Source: an uncultured Clostridia bacterium | GTDB taxonomy: Bacteria; Bacillota; Clostridia; Oscillospirales; CAG-272 | DNA: 64,000 nucleotides | Direction: 5' to 3' | NCBI GenBank assembly: GCA_947625805.1 | Contig: CANQPT010000005.1 | Coordinates: 10,181 to 74,180, forward strand | Part shown: positions 57,804 through 64,000 of the stretch, one piece after another | Position numbering within the stretch: position 1 is the first letter of the stretch | Layout of the letters: each line of letters begins with the position of its first letter | Translations under genes and position numbers: made by a program | Notes under the pieces: model-generated | Database searches by the model: none | Told to the model about the DNA's origin: nothing | Seen by the model: only the letters and a program-made list of their open reading frames with translations

Positions 57804-59741
57804 ATCCAGTTCCTTTAGGCCGGTATACAACTCGTAATATCGTCCCTTCTGTTCCAACAGCCGGTCGTGGTTGCCGCGCTCGACGATCTCGCCGTGCTCC
57901 AGCACCATGATCGCATCCGCGTTGCGCACGGTAGACAGCCGGTGGGCGATCACAAAAGTGGTCCGGTCGCTCATCAGGCGATCCATACCGTGCTCAATAT
58001 GCCGCTCGGTACGGGTGTCCACTGAGGAGGTCGCCTCGTCCAGCACCAGAATGGGCGCACGGCTGAGTGCCGCACGGGCGATGTTGAGTAACTGCCGCTG
58101 TCCCTGGGACAGATTGGATCCGTCCCCCTCTAACATCGTATCATATCCATTGGCCAACCGCAGGATAAACGAATGGGCGCTGGCGGTCTTTGCCGCTTCA
58201 ATGACCTCATCGTCGGTAGCATCGGGTCTTCCGTAGCGGATATTCTCCATGACCGTTCCTGTGAACAGGTGGGTGTCCTGCAATACCATTGCGATATTGC
58301 GCCGTAAATGATCCCGGTCGAAATCCCGCAGGTCGATCCCGTCTATCGTGATGCTTCCCTCATTGATCTCATAAAAACGGTTGAGAAGATTGGTGACCGT
58401 GGTTTTACCCGCGCCGGTAGAGCCGACAAAAGCAATCTTCTGTCCCGGATGGGCGTAAAGACTGATGTCCTTTAAGATCACCTTGTCCTGCGTGTAGCCG
58501 AACGTCACGTGCTCAAGGGCCACGTCGCCGCGAATGGGCTGTGTAAGCCCCTTGCCCGCATAGGTCTCAGGCAAGGGCAAAAGCGCTTCTTTGTCCGGAG
58601 CCAACTTGGGCATATCCGCCTCGGTCGGATCCAGATCCATAATGCTGAACACGCGCTCAGCACCCGCAAGGGCCGCAAAAATGGTAGAGGTCTGCTGGGC
58701 AATGGTAGTGATCGGCTGGGAAAACCGACGGGAAACATTGCAGAAGAGGGTCAACCCGCCGATGTCAAAGCCGCGAAGCAGGCAGAGCAAACCGCCTACA
58801 CCTGCCGTGACCGCATAACTGATCTGCGACGTATTGCCCATGATCGGTCCCATGATACCGCCGTAGAACTGCGCATTGAACTGCTTGTCACGCATATCCT
58901 CATTGAGAAGATGGAATTCTTGCTCACAAACGCTCTCATGGTTGAATACCTTGACCACCTTTGAGCCGGTGACCGTTTCCTCGATATAGCCGTTGATGGC
59001 GCCGAGGGCGGATTGTTGCGCGCTGTAATACTTACTGCTCCGTTTTGCGATCGCACTGCCGCCCAGCAAAAAGAGCGGGATAAAGGCGACCGTGACCAGT
59101 GTAAGAATGATATTGGTATACACCATCATAACAAAGGTACCGACCAACATAACGGCGCCTGATACCAGGTTGACCACGGTATTGTTGAGCATCATGTCGA
59201 TGTTGTCGATGTCGTTGGTAAACCGGCTCATCAACTCACCGGTCGTGTTATTGTCAAAGAATCGCACCGGCAGGGTCTGCAATTTGTTGAACAGATCGTT
59301 GCGCAGCTTTTCCAGCGCGTTTTGAGATACGATCATCATCATGCGTGCCTGCAAGTACACCGAACCGATTTCAACCGCGTAAATCACGGCAAGAATCATA
59401 AGAATCATAGCCAGCGATACAATGCGCTGTTCGGGTGTTTTGGAAGGGTCTACCACCGTATTGATGACCGGCCGAAGCATATAAGAGCCGACAAGGGCGG
59501 CCACCGTGTTGAGCAGGACACAAACGACCGCGATGGTAAGGCGTGCCCGATAGGCTGCAATATACGACCACAGACGGGAGATGGTCCCGCCGAGGTTTTT
59601 GGGCTTTCCCTGGCCTCTTCTGTGTCGGGCGCCCGGGCCGCCTCCTCTCGGTCCGCCCGGGCCGGGCATACCGCCGCGGCCGGCAGGAGCCGCCTTGTTA
59701 TACAGTCTGCGGAGGTCTTCAAGACTTCTTTTGTGTGCCAT
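57801..59741 (-). CDS. heterodimeric ABC multidrug-type exporter subunit (consensus NBD) with G/P/R-rich N-terminal tail
   Basis: 646 aa. Walker A GSTGAGKTT, signature LSQGQRQ, Walker B ILVLDEATSS. N-terminus GRGGMPGPGGPRGGGPGARHRRGQG. Confidence 0.9.
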   Translation of the reverse strand: MAHKRSLEDLRRLYNKAAPAGRGGMPGPGGPRGGGPGARHRRGQGKPKNLGGTISRLWSYIAAYRARLTIAVVCVLLNTVAALVGSYMLRPVINTVVDPSKTPEQRIVSLAMILMILAVIYAVEIGSVYLQARMMMIVSQNALEKLRNDLFNKLQTLPVRFFDNNTTGELMSRFTNDIDNIDMMLNNTVVNLVSGAVMLVGTFVMMVYTNIILTLVTVAFIPLFLLGGSAIAKRSSKYYSAQQSALGAINGYIEETVTGSKVVKVFNHESVCEQEFHLLNEDMRDKQFNAQFYGGIMGPIMGNTSQISYAVTAGVGGLLCLLRGFDIGGLTLFCNVSRRFSQPITTIAQQTSTIFAALAGAERVFSIMDLDPTEADMPKLAPDKEALLPLPETYAGKGLTQPIRGDVALEHVTFGYTQDKVILKDISLYAHPGQKIAFVGSTGAGKTTVTNLLNRFYEINEGSITIDGIDLRDFDRDHLRRNIAMVLQDTHLFTGTVMENIRYGRPDATDDEVIEAAKTASAHSFILRLANGYDTMLEGDGSNLSQGQRQLLNIARAALSRAPILVLDEATSSVDTRTERHIEHGMDRLMSDRTTFVIAHRLSTVRNADAIMVLEHGEIVERGNHDRLLEQKGRYYELYTGLKELD

Positions 59742-59744
59742 GTC

Positions 59745-61520
59745 TTACGCCTCCTTCCGATCATTCTGAGAATAGTAAATTTCTTGATATTCAGTATTGC
59801 CGGCCAGCAACTGCTCGTGCGTTCCCACACCGGTAATCATACCGTCGTCCATGACAATGATCTGGTCGGCCTCCATGACCGAGGTAATCCGCTGGGCAAT
59901 GATGATCTTGGTGGAGTCGGAAAGTTCCTCGCGGAAAGCACGGCGAATCTGAGCCTCTGTGGCTGTGTCCACAGCACTTGTCGAGTCGTCAAGGATCAGA
60001 ATGCGCGGCTTTTTGAGCAAAGCTCTTGCAATGCACAACCGCTGTTTCTGTCCGCCGGAAACGTTGGTACCTCCCTGCTCCAGATCGCTTTGATAGCCCT
60101 TTGCAAAGGAAGTGATAAATTTATCCGCCTGCGCATACTCGGCAACCGTACGGATTTCCTCATCGGTCGCGTCCTCGTTTCCCCAGCGCAGATTTTCTTC
60201 GATGGTACCGGAAAAGAGCACGTTTTTCTGTAATACCATACCCACGCCTTCGCGCAGGTTGTAGAGCGAATAATCGCGTACGTCCACGCCGTCTACCAGT
60301 ACCGCGCCCTCGTCACAGTCGTACAGCCTTGCAATCAGCGATACCAGCGTGGTCTTGCCGCAACCGGTAGAGCCGATAATGCCCACAGTAGATCCGGCTT
60401 TAATTTTCAGATTGATCCGGTCAAGCGCCTTGCCTTCACTGTTTTTATAATAGCGGAAAGACACGTCACGGAACTCGACCTCACCCCGCTCTACCGTAAG
60501 GGAGGGATTGGCCGCGTTTGTATCGGTAATATCCACCTGTTCGTCGATCACCTCGCGGATGCGCTTGGCCGAGGCCAGAGCACGGGAGAACATGACGAAC
60601 ATCATGCTCACCATCATCAGCGACATTAAGATCTGGGTGATATAGGTCACAAAGGCAGACAGATCACCCGTACTCATACTGCCGCGATTGACCATGTTTC
60701 CGCCAAACCAGAGCACTGCAATGGTAGTTGCGCTCATACACAGGGTCATAAGCGGACTCATCATGATCATCATGCGCATTGCCTGCATACCGGAGTCCTT
60801 GAGGTCGGCGTTTGCCGCGCCGAACTTCTTTCGCTCGTGATCCTCGCGCACAAAACTCTTGACCACCCGCACGTTGGTGATGTTCTCCTGTACGGTGGAA
60901 TTGAGTTTGTCGATCTTGGTCTGGACTTTACTGAAAAGCGAGAAGCCCCTGCCTACAAAAAAGGAAATGCCAAGCAGCAAAAGGGGAATGGACACGCACA
61001 ACACCATGGTCAGCGACACATTGGTGGCCACCGCCATAATCAGTGCGCCGATCAGCATTCCGGGCGAGCGCAGCGCCATGCGCAGCAGCATATTGACAAA
61101 ATTCTGCATCTGCGTGATATCGTTGGTAAGCCTCGTGACCAGCGATCCGGTGGAGAATTTGTCGATATTGGCAAATGAAAAACTCTGTACCTTACGGTAC
61201 ACGTCTTCACGCAGATCGGCCGAAAAGCCCACAGAGGCTTTTGCGCCGAAATAAGCGCCCCCTACCCCGCCGATCATCATTAAGATGGCGGTCAGGATCA
61301 TGCCCACCATGATTGCCACAACGAACGGCGCATCCGCACCGAAAAGATCGTAAACACGTGCAAGCACGCCCGTTCTTTCCTGTCCGTCCACGCCGTAATC
61401 AATGATTGCTGCGAGTAGTTTGGGCATCACGACCTCACCGATGACCTCCACGATCATGCAGATCGGTCCTAAAATAAAATACGGTAAATAGGGCTTTATG
61501 TATCGAAACCACCGTCTCAT
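59745..61520 (-). CDS. heterodimeric ABC multidrug-type exporter subunit (degenerate NBD site)
   Basis: 591 aa. Walker A GSTGCGKTT, signature VSGGQKQR. Walker B is ILILDDSTSA, with Asp replacing the catalytic Glu as in LmrCD/TM287-288-type asymmetric pairs. Confidence 0.9.
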   Translation of the reverse strand: MRRWFRYIKPYLPYFILGPICMIVEVIGEVVMPKLLAAIIDYGVDGQERTGVLARVYDLFGADAPFVVAIMVGMILTAILMMIGGVGGAYFGAKASVGFSADLREDVYRKVQSFSFANIDKFSTGSLVTRLTNDITQMQNFVNMLLRMALRSPGMLIGALIMAVATNVSLTMVLCVSIPLLLLGISFFVGRGFSLFSKVQTKIDKLNSTVQENITNVRVVKSFVREDHERKKFGAANADLKDSGMQAMRMMIMMSPLMTLCMSATTIAVLWFGGNMVNRGSMSTGDLSAFVTYITQILMSLMMVSMMFVMFSRALASAKRIREVIDEQVDITDTNAANPSLTVERGEVEFRDVSFRYYKNSEGKALDRINLKIKAGSTVGIIGSTGCGKTTLVSLIARLYDCDEGAVLVDGVDVRDYSLYNLREGVGMVLQKNVLFSGTIEENLRWGNEDATDEEIRTVAEYAQADKFITSFAKGYQSDLEQGGTNVSGGQKQRLCIARALLKKPRILILDDSTSAVDTATEAQIRRAFREELSDSTKIIIAQRITSVMEADQIIVMDDGMITGVGTHEQLLAGNTEYQEIYYSQNDRKEA

Positions 61521-61521
61521 A

Positions 61522-62007
61522 TCAGAATTTTTCCTCCGGAGTGCGGCGGCAGCAACATCTTTCTTTGGGATCTTCGCCGGTCAGATTGTAATACATACGG
61601 TCCAAAAGATCCAGCAACTGCTTGATTTCCACGTTGCTGATCCCTTCTACGACCTGCTTGTCGAGAGAGTCGATCAGTTTTTTGGAAGAACGGTTGAACT
61701 CCTTGCCTTTGTCGGTCAGAAAAACCCGTACCGCTCTCTGGTCGTTTTCGTCCTGCTGGCGTCTGACATATCCTTCCTGCTCCATTTTGCGCAGGGTCAC
61801 GCTGATGGTCGGCGGCTTGAGATGGGTAAGATTTGCAAGATCAAGTTGGGTAACGCCGTCCTTGTGGGACAAATGAAAGAGCAAATGCCGATAACTTTCG
61901 TTCATTCCTTGGTCTTCTGCCAATCTGCGCATCCGGTTATGGAAGATCTTGGACAGATCATTGATTGCCATAAAGGGCTTTCTTTCCACAGGGGGTTGAT
62001 TTTTCAT
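61522..62007 (-). CDS. MarR family transcriptional regulator
   Basis: 161 aa. Winged HTH (LLFHLSHKDGVTQLDLANLTHLKPPTISVTLRKMEQEGYVRR). Its stop lies 1 nt before the ABC gene's start. Confidence 0.9.
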   Translation of the reverse strand: MKNQPPVERKPFMAINDLSKIFHNRMRRLAEDQGMNESYRHLLFHLSHKDGVTQLDLANLTHLKPPTISVTLRKMEQEGYVRRQQDENDQRAVRVFLTDKGKEFNRSSKKLIDSLDKQVVEGISNVEIKQLLDLLDRMYYNLTGEDPKERCCCRRTPEEKF

Positions 62008-62147
62008 AAGTTCTCTCCTCTCAAAGTATATGATTAGTTTTCTAACAAATAAATTATACTCTTTTTTTCACAGAAGTCAACAAGAAAAGCGACAATTCAT
62101 AATTAATTTTCATTTTGTTCATATTGTCCGCCCAAACGCAAATTTCC

Positions 62148-62176
62148 TTGACAAAAACACGGCTTTTATATATAAT
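62148..62176 (+). promoter_or_regulatory. perfect consensus sigma-A promoter (P1) upstream of the acyl-CoA ligase gene
   Basis: TTGACA (62148-62153), 17-nt spacer, TATAAT (62171-62176). A second weaker promoter follows: TTGATT 62212-62217, 17-nt spacer, TATAAT 62235-62240. Confidence 0.65.
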
Positions 62177-62208
62177 AAGAAAATAGAGTAATTTGTTTTT
62201 TCAAAAAC

Positions 62209-62226
62209 TTGTTGATTTATCAACAA
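62209..62226. promoter_or_regulatory. perfect 8+2+8 palindrome, candidate operator
   Basis: TTGTTGAT-TT-ATCAACAA overlaps the -35 element and spacer of the proximal promoter. Confidence 0.5.
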
Positions 62227-62279
62227 ATATGGTGTATAATAGGATCGTCCGAAACATAAGTTTTCACGGAGGTATCACT

Positions 62280-63968
62280 ATGAAATACAAAGACCAGCGC
62301 GAGTTGACTACCATCGAGGATTTACGTCAGTTGGTATTCAGAGCGGCGGAGCGGTTTGGCGACAAGGATCTTTACGCCTCTCCAAATCCCAAAAAACCCT
62401 ATCACTATACCTACAACGATTTCAAACGGAATGTAATCGCATTCGGTACTGCCTTGATCGAGATGGGTCTGCGCGGGCAGAAGATCGCCGTCATCGGAGA
62501 GGCGCATCCCGCCTATATGACCGCATACTACGCGGTCACCATCACCGGCAACGTGATCGTGCCGCTTGACAAGGAACTTCAGACCGAACAGGTGGTGAAT
62601 TTCCTCAACCGATCCGGAGCAATCGCAATCGTTTATATGCCGTCCATGAATGATACGGTCATCAATCACGCCGAAGAATTGACCGCTACCAAGTATTTTA
62701 TCCCGGTAGAGCCGGAGCACATCGATCGGGAAAGCGTGATTCCCTATAACGCCATGTTGGAAAAGGGCGCGCAGGCATACGAGGCAGGCAACGACACGTT
62801 CTGCACCATGCCCATCGACATGGAAAAGATGTGCACTCTGCTCTTCACCTCGGGCACGACCGGGACCAGCAAGGGGGTTATGCTGTCCATGCGCAATCTC
62901 GTGGCGGCGGCAAACGACTCCTGCAAAGCGGTCATTTACGACCAGAACAACACCTTCTTATCTGTGCTTCCGCTCAATCATGTGTACGAGGTGACCTGCG
63001 GACATATCGCACTGCCCAACTTAGGTGCGACGGCATACCTCAACGACAGTTTGAAGTACGTACTGCGCAACATCAAGACCGTGCGCCCCGACTCGCTGGT
63101 ACTGGTACCGCTCTTCCTTGAAACCATGCACCGTTCCATCTGGAAAGGCATCGATAAAAAGGGCATACGCAAAAAGGTAACCTTTGCGCTGAAGTTGTCG
63201 CGTGCTCTGATGAAATGCGGCATTGACGTCCGGCGCAAGTTATTTAAGCAGATCATCGACGAGTTGGGCGGAAATTTGCAATACATCATCTGCGGCGGCG
63301 CACCGCTGGACAAACAGATCGTGCGTGATTTCTGGGATTTCGGTATTATGATCTGCGAGGGATACGGCATCACCGAGTGTTCTCCCCTGTTGGCGGTCAA
63401 CCGGCCCTATCAGATCGTATACGGCTCTTGCGGCAAGGCGGTAGACAGTTGTCAGGTCAAAATCGACAATCCCAATGAAGAGGGCATAGGCGAGATTATC
63501 GCCAAAGGTGATAACGTCATGCTGGGCTACTATGAGGACGAGGATGCGACCGCCGAGGCGTTCACCGAGGACGGGTGGTTCCGCACAGGCGACCTCGGCC
63601 GCATCGATGCAGAAGGCAATATCTTCATCACCGGACGCAAGAAAAATCTGATTATCCTCTCCAACGGCAAGAACATCTATCCCGAGGAGATCGAGGAACA
63701 CCTGCAGCACAGCGAATATATCGCCGAGTGCGTGGTGATCGAGCGCACAGGCCAAACCGGCGAGCAATTGATCACGGCTTTGATCTATCCCTCCGAGGAA
63801 CTGACCGAGGGCATGGAGCCCGATGCCATCTACGCCAAACTCAAAGAGGAAGTCGATCGGATCAACACCGACCTGCCTCCCTTCAAGCAGGTGCACGAGA
63901 TCGAAGTGCGCGACACGGAATTTGAGAAAACGACCACAAAAAAAATCAAACGGTATATTTTGAAATAA
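62280..63968 (+). CDS. long-chain-fatty-acid--CoA ligase-like AMP-binding enzyme
   Basis: ATG 62280 after GGAGGT. Motifs LLFTSGTTGTSKGV, GYGITE, FRTGDLG and NGKNIYPEEIE. Confidence 0.88.
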   Translation: MKYKDQRELTTIEDLRQLVFRAAERFGDKDLYASPNPKKPYHYTYNDFKRNVIAFGTALIEMGLRGQKIAVIGEAHPAYMTAYYAVTITGNVIVPLDKELQTEQVVNFLNRSGAIAIVYMPSMNDTVINHAEELTATKYFIPVEPEHIDRESVIPYNAMLEKGAQAYEAGNDTFCTMPIDMEKMCTLLFTSGTTGTSKGVMLSMRNLVAAANDSCKAVIYDQNNTFLSVLPLNHVYEVTCGHIALPNLGATAYLNDSLKYVLRNIKTVRPDSLVLVPLFLETMHRSIWKGIDKKGIRKKVTFALKLSRALMKCGIDVRRKLFKQIIDELGGNLQYIICGGAPLDKQIVRDFWDFGIMICEGYGITECSPLLAVNRPYQIVYGSCGKAVDSCQVKIDNPNEEGIGEIIAKGDNVMLGYYEDEDATAEAFTEDGWFRTGDLGRIDAEGNIFITGRKKNLIILSNGKNIYPEEIEEHLQHSEYIAECVVIERTGQTGEQLITALIYPSEELTEGMEPDAIYAKLKEEVDRINTDLPPFKQVHEIEVRDTEFEKTTTKKIKRYILK

Positions 63969-64000
63969 GAGGTACAGACAATGTTAGAAAAGGTTATGGA

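Overview
The window looks like a chromosomal segment of a moderately high-GC, spore-forming Firmicute. It is Clostridia-like: it carries SLH-domain, SpoVB-like and DUF1540-like genes and a T-box leader. All family names come from motifs I recognised by eye; no database search was possible. Coding density is high and almost everything falls into operons.

Left to right:
- An ABC-2 exporter permease cut by the window edge, an alpha/beta hydrolase, and proS.
- A small XRE regulator with a membrane protein and a lipoprotein, then a DUF2798-like membrane protein behind a long structured leader, then a MATE exporter.
- A non-canonical dlt-like operon: adenylating enzyme, GNAT, carrier protein, MBOAT, and a DltD-like/NodB-deacetylase fusion.
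- DUF3737 and PatB, pcrA, and tRNA-Gln(CTG) with its own consensus promoter and terminator.
- A lower-GC XRE+TPR regulator.
- An 11-gene branched-chain amino acid super-operon, ilvB-ilvN-ilvC-ilvD-(DUF815 AAA+)-ilvA-ridA-leuA-leuC-leuD-leuB, behind one Leu(CUC) T-box leader.
- A two-component system followed by a VTC-domain gene, a DUF4956-like gene and a Cthe_2159-type beta-helix lipoprotein gene.
- An AraC regulator with rhaBAD, a GNAT, an SLH surface protein, an alanine/glycine:cation symporter, pncB coupled to a tiny FTR-like Cys protein, and spoVB-like.
- A three-gene module of two ABC exporters with Zn-ribbon N-terminal domains bracketing a DUF1854-like gene that carries an in-frame TAA.
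- A nucleotidyltransferase with a DivIVA-like gene, DUF1540, a MarR-linked heterodimeric ABC exporter, and an acyl-CoA ligase.

I saw no CRISPR array, transposase, integrase or phage genes.

The best candidates for undescribed biology are:
1. The ABC/DUF1854/ABC module.
2. The two-component system + VTC + DUF4956 + beta-helix lipoprotein cluster.
3. The dlt-like operon with the GNAT and the deacetylase fusion.
4. The AAA+ gene embedded in the ilv-leu operon.
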